DNA of 64,000 nucleotides from Styela clava (Eukaryota): NCBI RefSeq assembly GCF_964204865.1, contig NC_135262.1, positions 13,888,001 to 13,952,000 of the forward strand, read 5' to 3'. Shown piece by piece: positions 1 to 11,900 of this stretch (position 1 is its first letter; each line of letters starts with the position of its first letter). The notes under the pieces were generated by a model. It saw only the letters and a program-made list of their open reading frames with translations, ran no database searches and was not told where the DNA came from. The position numbers and the translations under genes were made by a program.

Positions 1-108
1 ATGTACTACATAATCTACATTACAAAAGGCAATGTGGATTAGGGGAGTACATGAAAGTGCATTGTTTTAAATGCTGAATCCACTGTCACATAATGAATCA
101 ATAGCCCG

Positions 109-970
109 ATGAAGTTTTTTCCTGCAATTTTTTTTTCTTATAACGTAGTTATGTGCGTTTCTCTCTTCAATCATTAAACTTTCACATTGTGTAGTTCGCA
201 CACCAAGTATTTATAAGGGCTGTCCCTTAGTTTCACCCTCTTTCCTCGAGAGAGCTGAATACTTCTTGTAAAAACTAAGTAAAAGTGTTCCAAACAGTTA
301 TTTGGGGATGTTTGATAGAAAATAATTCTGAGAAAAAATAGCAAAAATTGTTGTCATGCATGCTCGAATATTGTTAGCTCGAAAACTTTCAAGTATGGCA
401 ATAATTTGAGCAATATGTAGAAAAAATTAAAGAAAAAACCTTCCCACTGTTTAAATTTCAAGTTTCATTTCAACTTGCGGTATGAAAATTCACCTTGGAA
501 AATTGCATATGTTTGTGCTATGCCGAGAAACTCGTTAATATTGCCATCAAAAATGGTTGCAACTATTTTAAAGTTTATAGAGGTAAATACTTTTATTACC
601 TTTGCACATTTATCAGCATTCCCGTGACAACAGAGGCTATTGTTGTCAAATTACTTCATACAAGAAAATATGATTAATTTGTAGAAGTGAAGTATATTTA
701 GTCAGATAATATATATTTAATGGTCCTGATGAATTACCAAATTTTCATTGATTCTATATTCTAAGCCATACATGCGCCATTTGTTTATTCAGTGAGATAT
801 TTTTTGAGATCATGTTGCGTTCTATTGAAAAATGTTTTTCAGATAAGAATTGTTTAGTTGCAAGAAATAAAGTAATAAAATATAGTTAATTATTTCCTAA
901 AATAATGCCTATATTATTTACTTGCAGGTAACAAATGTTGGGAATGCATTCATTGATCATTGCAACACCT
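109..970 (+). pseudogene. Pseudogene of the 8-Cys cationic secreted peptide family (copy P1)
   Basis: Exon 2 at ~463-582 reads VSFQLAV*KFTLENCICLCYAEKLVNIAIKNGCNYFKVYR with a phase-1 donor g|gtaaat; TGA 483-485 sits where the first Cys aligns. Exon 3 from 928 (ttgcag|) reads GNKCWECIH*, with an apparent 4-nt 'catt' duplication shifting the last Cys out of frame. Exon 1 (ATG 109, MKFFPAIFF) is tentative. Confidence 0.7.
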
Positions 971-1976
971 GAAATTTCTGAACTTCTATCGGACTTGCTG
1001 GCTAGACGTTATATTTTAATTCACTGTTATTCCTAATTGCGATTGCGTGAATAAAAAAATGAAGATTTATTTAAAAATGCATAATATTATTACTGGAATG
1101 TATGCTAATTTCGTATATAATATTATTCTGCTTTGGTTTTGTAATTTTTATATCTTATTTGAAAAAAAAATTCTGTTTTCGTTTGTTGATAAGCTAATAT
1201 AAATTAATGGAGTCACTTTAAAAGCACGCTTTCTGATTTCTGAGGTACGGCAAACAATACTAAACTTTAGGGCAAATGCCATGATTTTGTTGAATGAAAA
1301 TTGTACTTTTATTAACAATGAGAACACGATTCACCTCATTATTTAATTAGAATTGACTTGTATTTGGAGATTTTTGTGCTTGTAGCAGATAAGCTTCTGG
1401 CGCCATTTTTTCATACAATGAAGATTTATTTACCTGTTCTATATCGATGAAACAAAACGTCAATATTATCGTTCCAGATCATATACTTTTAAAAAATGTC
1501 AACTTTCAGTAAGATTTTGTGAAATAGTAATTTTAATCATTCTTCGTTTGAAATTTATGTATTAGAATAACGTAAAGCGTATGTTAATGTACCGTACATA
1601 GTGACATACATACATTTACTGAAATGAGGGAAACCGTTATTAGTGAGTTTGAAACAAAAGAGAACCTGTTGTTGAAATTTTGATTTTCATCAATGAGTCT
1701 AATACTCTAGTCTAGTATAACTCATACAACATTCTCATAGACTACTTATTGGTTAAGGTGACTGTAGCGCTACACTAATTACTACAAGATTTTGATGTGG
1801 AACTGATGTGGACCGAATACCCATGACGTACTCAACATATACAAAGAAATTTTATATGCTCCATTTTATTGAATATTAAAAGTTGTCCAGCTTAAACGTG
1901 AAAATAATTCGAAGCTTTGCCAATCTGGTTTCTATTTTAAAGCATTTGTGACATGTTGTTCTTGGCTTCATTTCGT

Positions 1977-2768
1977 TTAACTCGCGAGATTAATCGATCT
2001 TTGCCCCTTGTAGCTCTGACAACTGTTACAGGCCCAACATTTTTCGACTGTTGAAAACAAATTTAAAAATTATTAAATATCTAAACATAGCAATATACCA
2101 ATTTATATGATAGGATGTAGACGCATATAAAGATAATAACAGAATCACCTCAACTAAGGAACAAAAACTCTATATCTTTAATTAGTATAGATATTTCACG
2201 TTTAATGTCATTGTTTTGATAACATCACCATCAAAAAATCACATGTTTCTTGTTTATTTAATAAGTTTGAAGATATAAAAAAACATACCTTTCGACTTTC
2301 TGAGAAACGTATCACATCCAAATCTTCTCACACGGTTTGCATATACAGCACAAAAACATTTGCATGTATTGCAGTTACGTTTTGAAGATCTTCTAGATTT
2401 GGCTTCAGTAGATGAAATCGCTAAAATCATATAATTTGAAATCTCAAGATAAATGTTGTTGCTAGTGTTGAGGACGAAAATTTAAAAAAAATACAGTAGC
2501 AATTTAGTGAGATATTGGAAGTTCATTCGCTGAGCATTTGACTCATAGCTTATTAGAAGTTGAGCATTTCAGATGTAAAAATAGTTCCATGGATTACTGA
2601 AAGATATTAGTTTTTGTTTATCTTACATAAATAAGAAGAATAAAAAAATAATAAAAAAAATTCTTTCCATTTGATGTATAATTTGAAAATTCAAAAAATT
2701 ATACACTTATAAAACTCACCCAGCCAAAGAAGAATCGTTGATAGTAATAAAACTTTGAAGGGCTTCAT
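1977..2768 (-). CDS. Secreted cationic 8-Cys peptide precursor, 83 aa (copy P2, intact)
   Basis: Exons 2768-2720, 2420-2289, 2047-1977, GT-AG, both introns phase 1. Protein MKPFKVLLLSTILLWLAISSTEA-KSRRSSKRNCNTCKCFCAVYANRVRRFGCDTFLRKSKVEKCWACNSCQSYKGQRSINLAS. Signal peptide, dibasic KR site, 8 Cys, 15 K/R vs 2 D/E after the signal. Confidence 0.85.
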
Positions 2769-4974
2769 TTCACCAGTCTTTTGTTTTATTATGAAAATAA
2801 TTGATACTGTCTAACTTACAGAAGTTTTAATAAATTTTATACAAATCGTACGGTCGGTGAACGGTGTTGGTTTAATTTTTCTGTGCAATATTCCACCACT
2901 AAGTAGTTTTCGAAACTGGTCGGTTGATCATCACGTTACCCTATTTATACCATTTCGAACAATTTTTCTAGGTATTTTTCTCCCAAAATAAATTATTCGG
3001 TTACGAGCGTCAATATTTGAGGAAATATGATGTTCGATTCTTCTAAAAATAACACGTGCATTATACTGAGGAATTCTCGACACCGCTACGTTTTGTGGCA
3101 TGTGGCACTATTTCTATGATACGTTTGCCAAAGATAAATGGGTAATTGAATATGCCCTTGATCTGCAATTCGTATGAACATTGAGTTTGGTATACTATAA
3201 TATTTCGATTAAGTATTCCAATTCCTTCCTACGTGTTTAAAGGTGATTTACTAATATTTGCAAAGTATAGAATTATCTATGACCCACTTACTGTAAATGA
3301 CGTTGTAGCTATGAAAAAAACACAGTGTAAAAACATAATTAGACCTAATCTAGTATTCAAGTATAAAGAGTTTTAAAACATCACTCATCTACTTCAGTAA
3401 ATCTCGTTTTTGCAAAAATTAGTGGTATTTAAAATAATGGTATTTTTGGATCTATAGTCGCAGGACTTGATCCATGATTTTTTTTTTGCTTTTGAATTGG
3501 AGTGGGGCATTAGTTTACATAATGATATAAAAACGAATAATGAATGATTTAAAATAAGAACCTCCCACTACTACAAAAAATAATTAGAATTTATAAATAA
3601 ATGAAAATAAAAGGATGTGACCTTAGGAAATTGGCAAATATTTTGGGTAGATTGCCAGTATCAATGTTAGAGTAGGAATAGTGTCTTGCATTGCTTGACG
3701 AATCGTCGTGCGATTAGATTGGTATAACTGTATAATGACATTCCAATGTAGGCTACATTTAATCACTGCTTCAAATAGATATCTTGTATTTTATGTACAA
3801 TATGGCATGCCAAACGGTGGCAGTTCATAAACTCTTGAACTTCAGCTTTAGTGTTAGGTTTTCGATATGTTCGAGAGAAAAGGAACCATCGAGTTTTTTT
3901 TATTAGTCATCATAAGAGTATGTGGTAGAGGCCGGTGAGAAACAAAGATTACAACCGCGTTATAAAGCTCTCCGACCACATAGTCTGCGGTCTTAATATT
4001 TCACTGTTCACTACACATGAATAAAATATTAGCTTGTAATGCTATAACTGTAGTACTACAACTTTCACCTGGAACAACATAAAAACAAACATCCTACGGT
4101 GTTGTGGAAATTTTCTCGATCATCATTTCGTGCTCCAGTGTGATTTATTTTTTTTATACAAAACAGGAGAACAATTTCATACGCTGGAAAATTTTGTGAA
4201 CATGTGTTTCCAACTACATGAATACTGAGCTGTATGGTTGATATGAGTAGCACACAGCTACATTTTCTATGCAGCTGGAAGGGATGATACTTATGTATAT
4301 TGTAAGACTCATCAAGGCTGTATTAATTGATTTGAATGTTCTACATCACATTCATCACATTTTTACAAATTTTATTCTGTAACGTTTCGTCTGTCAGGAC
4401 TCAACAATGTCAAAATATACACTACTGAAAATTTTACAAAAGGGATATAGCAAATTTATTCTTATATTTTTATTAGGTGAATCGGTATCTATTGACTGTA
4501 ACATGACCTTAAAACTTTGTTTATGTTTCCGATAATTTAGTAAATTAGTAATTAATTTTTTTGTTGTAGTGATAATTGCAAAGAGAACATCATTGAAGGA
4601 TTATTTTTTCTTAGAACTTTTAGAAAACCACTCCTGCAAAAAAGAGAACCGAAGAACAGCTGGGCACCATCAATTGTTTATAACGGGCAGTAACATTACA
4701 GGAAACACACCTGCAACTATGTATTGAGCAACACCCATGTAGTCTATGTTGAGAAACCTTCTCAAGTTTAGATAAACAAATCTTACAAATGATTGAGTTA
4801 TGCGTTGTTACCCAGAACATAGTAAGTCATGAGTCTCACTATGTTTAGATAATTGTTCGATGCGACATGACATCATCAACTATTCTTTCTCACAATCGAG
4901 AGAAAAATAATCACATACCAAAAGTCTTCCAATATGTTCTCCAATGTCTTTATTCATGCAGTTGATGACAATGT

Positions 4975-5682
4975 TTAATTTCTAATTCCTTCAACAACTC
5001 TATCAAGTATTTTGCAACTGTCTCGACATTTTCAACATCTATCAGCTAAAATATAATGAACATTGCAAGTTTAGAAAAATTTTATTGGGAAAATTCAATT
5101 GTCAATGAAAAATATTTATTTTTATTTTTACCTTTCCCTTTCAACTTGAAAATTGCTTCACAGCTCTCTTTAATTAATCGTTTTCTAAATCTTTTACAGA
5201 AACAGTCACAAATCTTCCACACCCGTTTAAATTTTTTGTCATTAATAACTCTTTTCTTTGTTTTCAGACCGAGTTCTCGAAATGTCGTTTTTTCAACAGG
5301 ACGGTCGGTGCCTGCAAAACTGTTCAAGAAACTTGTTAATTTTAATATTCGTTATAAATTAAATTCCAAAAACTGTTATTTTATTTATTGAAAAATGGGA
5401 GTTGCAGAATTATGTGCATCAATATGGCGCACATCCCGAACATAGTATGTGTACCAGGTTAGGATTCAGTTTGTTTGCCATCTTGGTGCACATACTTCGG
5501 AAGCGCCGAAAAATGTATAGAAAATGGAAAACTGCAGTTGGTTATCTTGAGTTTTCATGGTCATCCATCGTAATTAGGCCTAATTTGATAAAGCTTTTAA
5601 AATAGCCGATGCACCAACTTCTCAAAACATTTATATAGTTAACTATAAATACAATGAAGATTGTAGTTAACACAACTTTCAT
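4975..5682 (-). pseudogene. Pseudogene of the 8-Cys peptide family (copy P3)
   Basis: Exon 1 from ATG 5682 (MKVVLTTIFIVFI) has its phase-1 donor changed to g|ttaact. Exon 2 (5311-5132) has the first Cys changed to Phe (KKFKRVWKICDCFC...ESCEAIFK). Exon 3 (5045-4975) has TGG(W) to TGA at 5034-5032. Confidence 0.8.
5398..5507. mobile_element. ~110-bp palindromic GG-ended MITE in intron 1 of P3
   Basis: Imperfect inverted arms; perfect 8-bp TSD gaaaaatg (5390-5397 / 5508-5515); absent from paralog P4; same family at 20869, 33580 and ~42920. Confidence 0.8.
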
Positions 5683-6820
5683 CTACTTTTATTCAAATAT
5701 CTTACTTTGACAATCATCTTCAATTTGAAATAAGCAAATTTTACTATAGTTTAGAGTTAAGACGAATACAAATTTTATTACTAGTAATTGAGTAGCATAA
5801 CATCACTAATCTACTAAATAAATCTTATCTAAAATAAATTTTATTATCAAATAATGGAATAATTTTCGGAGCAATAGTCGCAGAACTTGGCAAATGAAAT
5901 TTGTTGTCTTTGAATATGAATGGGTGCATATATTTACTAAATTTTGCTTGAAATCCCCCAATAAAATATTTTCATAAAGTTTATGATTTCAATATAATTT
6001 AATCAATATAAAATCCATCTGTTTGTTTCATAAAAATTATTGACATTTTCATTCGTTTTGGGAGAATATGTGCCAGTATCAATGTTAGGAGAGAATTAGT
6101 TTTTTGCACTGCTTGGTGAAATGTTGCGCTATTTGATTGGTGTGGCTGTTCATGTTTTTCAATCTACATTTAATAATTACTTTGAGTATATACCGTTTAA
6201 TTTATATAAAAATTGAGTGAAATAAATGGCATGGAAATACATTTTGGTAAATTTCAAGACTGCTAACTTCAAATAAATGAATAATTTATTAAAAAATAAA
6301 TTCCAAATTGCTTTGGCGATTGATGAGGATTGTTAATCTTTAGTGTACGCAGTCATGTTCTACATCACGATGTAGGAAACCAAACCGTGACTGTCATGTA
6401 CTCTTCGATTTCAGCATTAGTGTTAGATTTTCGATATGTTCGAGAGAAAAAAATAATAAGAGTTGTTTATTAGTCATCATAAGAGTATGTGGTAAAGGGC
6501 GGTGAGACAGAAACCATACAACCGCGTTAGATCTCTACAACCACATAGTCTGCGGTCTTAACCTTTCACTGTTCACTACGCATGAGTAAAATATTAGCTT
6601 GTAATGCTATTATTATCGTACTAGAACTTTCACCTGGAACAACATAAAATAACATCACACGGCGTTATGGTAATTTCTTGATCCTCATTTCTTGCTCCAT
6701 TGTGATTTATTATTTTTATACAAAACAGGAGGATAATTTCACACGCTAGGGAACACGCTAGGGAATTTTGCGATTATGTGTTTCCAACTACATGATAATA
6801 AACTATATGGTTGGTATTAG

Positions 6821-7763
6821 TAGGGCTACCAACCGTGCCGGAATAACCGGGACAGTCCCGGAATTTACGTCTAGCGTCCCGTGTCCCGGGCTGGAATACG
6901 GTTGTCCCGTAATTTAACGACAACCCAGTCGTTTTAAAATAGAAGGCCATTGTAAGCGTGTCGGCTTTGTTCAAAACGGGGAAAGGATGTAATTCACACA
7001 AATATATTATTCAATAAATTATATCGGTATGGATCAGTCAAATAAAAGTGAGTTGAAATTTGGGGATAAGACAAGTTTCGTCAACCGTAGCCTATGACAA
7101 AACACTGAAATAATGTGAACAATTGCAAATGAATGATAACATTATATACAGCAGTTATCTTAAGAAGATCAAAAAATTATTTCAGTAAGATTTGTTTAAA
7201 ACTTTAGTCAATAAAGTTGTGACGTGAAACAATATTTTGTGTCTATTGTTTTTAGTTTATAATTCACTGTTAATGTAGGGCTCTTTTATTAACAGAATTT
7301 CATTATTCAGTCAGTTTTCAGGCTTGCATAGTCGTCTGTTTTTAGCGAGAGTTCATTATTTATTATATTTCCGTAAGAATTACAAATTTTAACAAAACTT
7401 TGTGAAAACTAACAAATATCTTCTTAAAGCGGCAAAATCACAACAAAAATACAAACTCAAATACCGGGAATGCTGATTTCTTGTGTTTTCTGTTAAACAA
7501 TTAAATCTACTTAATACAAATTTTACATTTCCCCTGTTTTAGTTTTTTTTTTGCATTTATGCGTCAAAGACTATACATTTCACAAGTTTTTTTTTTCATT
7601 ATGATAAAATTATTTCCAGTTTGTGAAAATAACACTGCACGACACGCGGCGTGCACTGTTGCTTTTGACATGCTTCGCGTTTCAAACGCTTCTGTTGCAT
7701 CAATTTTCGAATTCTAGACATTAAGGTGTCCCGGAATGATTTAACACAAAGTTAGCAACCCTA
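6821..7763. mobile_element. Non-autonomous hAT-like TIR element
   Basis: Ends tagggctaccaac / gttagcaacccta, subterminal ccggga repeats, degenerate 8-bp TSD (ggtattag / aatatgag); the empty site 'gatatgag' is visible in the paralogous unit at ~4240. Confidence 0.85.
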
Positions 7764-8311
7764 AATATGAGTAGCATGTACCTAACCACGGCTAAATTTT
7801 CTATGGCGCTGTAATGGATGATCTTTATGTATATTGCAAGAATCACCAAGACTAAATTAATTGACTCAATTGTTCTACATCACAGTCATGACATTTTTAC
7901 AAATTTTATTTTGTAGCATTAAGTCTGTCAGGACTCTACAAATTAGCAGTTTGCAACAATGATGAGAATAATAATTCATACGGTTCAAATGTACACAAAT
8001 AAAAATTTTGCAAAAGTGGTATAGCATATTTATTCTTGAATTTATAATTACTGATGTTAAGTTAAGTTTGTAAAGAAAAAGGACCGAAAAACAGCTGGGC
8101 ACCATGACTTTTTAATAGTAAGCAGAAACTTTCGTGGAGCACAACTGCAGCCATGTTTATTGCAAATCTGAATAACCAATTGAGTCTAGGTAGATTTGTT
8201 CAATACGACATCATCAATTATTCTATCTGATGTTCGAAAAAAAATATTCATATAACAAAAGTGTTTTAATTTATTTCACGATATGTTTAATCTCCATCTA
8301 GATGACAATGA

Positions 8312-8957
8312 TCAATTTCCAAGTCCTCCAACAACTCTATCAAGATTTTGGCAACTGTCTCGACATTTCCAGCATCTTTTAGCTAAAATAAATATAACAA
8401 AAACTTCGGGTTTTGAAAAATTAAATTGGGAACATTCAATTGTAAATGAAAAATATTTTAATTAATATTTTGATTGAAGTAATATATTAAACAACTGAAA
8501 GGATAAATATTCATATATTCATTTTTATTTTTACCTTTCCATTTTAACTTGAAAATTGCTTCACAGCTCTCTTTAATTAAGCTCTTTTCAAATCTTTTAC
8601 AAAAACAGGCACAAATCTTCCACACCCGTTTACATTTTTTGTCCTTAATAAGATTTCCTCTGTTTTTAGACTGAGTCGAATCGCCGTATTCACACAGAAC
8701 GATACCTGTGAAAAGTTTTAATGAATTTGCTAATTTTAATGATAGTTCATGCATAAAATTTCAAAAACTGTATCTATTTATATAAACAAATATATATGTA
8801 AAAATAGAAACCTGCAGTTGGTTGTCTCGAATTGCCATGCCAAACTACTTAAATAATTCTAATTTAATAATGATTTTAAAATAGCCAATTCCCAGGTTAT
8901 GGATTTTTTTTAGTTACCTATAAATAGAATGAAGCCCGTCGTTAACACAAGTTTCAT
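8312..8957 (-). CDS. Secreted cationic 8-Cys peptide precursor, 93 aa (copy P4, intact)
   Basis: Exons 8957-8918, 8705-8535, 8382-8312, phase 1/1. Protein MKLVLTTGFILFIGIVLC-EYGDSTQSKNRGNLIKDKKCKRVWKICACFCKRFEKSLIKESCEAIFKLKWKAKRCWKCRDSCQNLDRVVGGLGN. The last coding exon is 71 nt, as in P2 and P3. Confidence 0.85.
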
Positions 8958-11900
8958 TTTCTTTTCTTCAAAAATTTCCTTCGATAGTCTTCTTCAATTT
9001 AAAATGAACAAATTTTACTATAATTAAGACAAATACAATAATTCATAATATAGAATGGGTTTAATTGAAAAACGTATATGTAACATGTATAATCAAATTT
9101 GTACAAAGCTACTTAAAACTGAAAAGACTTGATAAATACGATGATACAAAACAGAAACACAATGAAGACAATGGAGAATGCACTAAAGACCGTATTCTAA
9201 TGACTCGCAGGACAATAACGATGACCACGCGATATAGTTTTACATGAACTAATGCGACACTTGTGCATCATTTGTCTAGCACGTGTCATGTTTTTGTGCA
9301 TATCTTACAATGAACGTGATGCAAACCCTTTGCGTTACATCTATCACGAAATATCGTCACGTACACCACAAGTTGCTGATTATTGGCATAGATTTATGAT
9401 ATTGTTTGACCATTCAGTATATTGCAGGTGTTTTGTTGAGATTGAATTCAAATTTTTGAACCAGTAAATCAGGGCCTTTAAGCAAGGATATTGCTTAATT
9501 TTTTTATCACGTTAATATTTACTGTCCCATTTATTCACCGAAACTAGGAATACTATTTCTATTTATACTATCTATCAAAAGCGCGTTGATAATTGTATTT
9601 TTCATTTATGCTTCATTTATCAGTAAATGAACAGTGAATCTACTTCGGTGATTAGCGTTTTATGTCGACTATAACTAAAATTTCGTACCTCATGCATTTT
9701 AACATTTTAATTGTGACGCCCTGATACATTTTACACAGCGTGGAAAGGCCTATTATGACGTCACATTATATTTTATGAAGTCGTTAAATAGGGTATCATG
9801 GCTTAGCCAAGGTTCTCGCATCGTGTGAATCCGACACCGCAGCAAATAATTTCCACAGTTTTGTGTAATATATATTCGTGAAACACGTTCTGTAGGCGTT
9901 TGTAGTAAACTTCATTTTAGTAAAATGAATTCGGGATAATTACTATCACGCTTTTTAATAGCAAGTTTTGTACAAAACGATCCATCAATGAAACATTCCC
10001 GCTTTTAATATTCACTTTACAAAAACTATAACAACATTCCTAAATTTAGCTGTATTGTACCCCCGGTTGTGGTTACTAACAAGATTATGGTAATCCCAGT
10101 AATAATCGATATAAACCGAAAATATCAACGTCAGTCAATAATGCTGAGTAGAAAGCATCAACATATTTCATGATTTTAATATTTATTTGATTTGGAATTG
10201 ATCGCTAAATTGTTCAAATACATTTGAAGAATTTTGAGAATATTGAACGATGTTCATACATTTACTTAAAGGCGAACGTAAAATCCACTATTATTACCTT
10301 GTTTGTATTAGTATTCTGTAGTGTAGACTGTAGACGGTAGTCTATAATGATCGATAATGTTTCATTTCTCCGACAAATATCCTTTGTTTACTGCAAATAC
10401 GGATGATCCGTACTATGAATTACAAACTATAGTTGTTTTTTGAGCTTATCTAAAATGATTGCTCGTAGATTACATAGAATAAGTGATTTTTTAGTCACTA
10501 CCGAAAATAGATATTTTAGTTACTCCTTGATAACTGGGTTCACGTACACTAAACTGAAAAACATCAAGGGACTTTTCGAATAAATTTCTCATGTTTGTCA
10601 GACTACCTAATCCGCATATGAGTCTTTGTCACGTGTGGTGTATTAGAGTCAGACAACCTTGACAGACAAGTTTGCGAACTGAAGAAAAACTAATTACACT
10701 ATTTGATGGCATATTTTACTCTATTTGATGACATTCTTTTTTCATGTTGACGCGTCATCAAATAAGTGACTATTTACTGAACCTGTACAAATTTATAAAA
10801 GCTAACGTGTATCTAAAGTATGCAAACCCAGGTTAATAAATTTGTGCTGAAGTTTGATCAAATAACAATATTAGGAAGAAAAACTGGAGAACAAGTCACA
10901 ATAAAAAACTAAATAAACGACCAAGAGACAATTAATATATTAAATACTCTATTCCAAATATTGTCCATGTAAAATTTAAATGAAAAATGAAAATAGTGTA
11001 TAACCAGAAAATACCATGGTAATATCTACTATCTTTTACTTATAAAAACGTAATATGCCACGGATATAAAAGAACACAAAGAAAAAACGGTAGATGAATT
11101 ACACATACCTTGTTATATTATCATTGTTCGCTACGAAAAAAAAGTAAGTAAAGCTAGTGAAAAATAACTAGAGTATTTCTAACGTTACAATATATTTGAC
11201 TACCGTAATATTTCACATATTTTACCTAATGTTAATCGTAATCTACATCCGAGATGCGAATTTATTTACAAAGTGCCTATTTCTGGGAAAGACCAAAAAT
11301 CGTTTATATTCTATGGTCACATCATACGAAATACACAACTTTGCTGTCTCGCCATACGCATCCGGAAGGTATTCTGAACTTAAGTATAATAAGCGTTGTA
11401 GTAACCAGACACCAGTCAATTTTAATCAATATTCACTTTTAGTAACGCAAAGAAGAAAAATTTAATCGACATCCTAAATTTTTGTGATTGATCCAGCTCG
11501 AATTCCTTGAAGTCGTTACAGATAACCTACTTGATTCCAACCCACGTCGCTACTAAATATCCAAGTCAGAGAAAAGTAAACATAAATTTGATCTTGAAAG
11601 ATTGAAGTTCTTTTATTCAAAGATTAAAATGCAATATAAAACTGCACGAGCATCAACATATTTATGAATATTATTTTAATAAAGCGTCTTGGATAACTTT
11701 TTATTTGGTCAAATTAACATTGTTGTAGTTTTAAGCGCATCCATTGTAAAAATAATGGTCTTGTTAAAACATCATTTTATTGAATTACAAAACAACATGA
11801 GGATATTTTTGATATTGAATGTTTACATTAAGTCCAACGTCAACTATATTTACTACCATTTCGGTCATAACAATAAATAATTATAATGATTTGAGAGCAT

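Larger units (their letters stand above)
3370..9040. repeat. Diverged tandem segmental duplication (~3370-5770 vs ~5790-9040)
   Basis: Collinear anchors: 'gccagtatcaatgttag' 3654/6072, 'ttttcgatatgttcgagagaaaa' ~3860/6428, 'acagctgggcaccat' ~4656/8091, 'ttaagac.aatacaa' ~5757/9024. The second unit is longer because of the MITE at 6821-7763. Confidence 0.85.

Noticed and set aside
483-485. TGA at a conserved Cys position read as selenocysteine
   Set aside because: The same copy also has a frameshift in exon 3 and I see no SECIS-like hairpin; a nonsense mutation is simpler.
10000-11900. Weakly duplicated blocks (~10150-10350 vs ~11650-11890) with minus-strand splice-like sites
   Set aside because: No consistent open frame could be assembled; may be decayed genes but cannot be supported.
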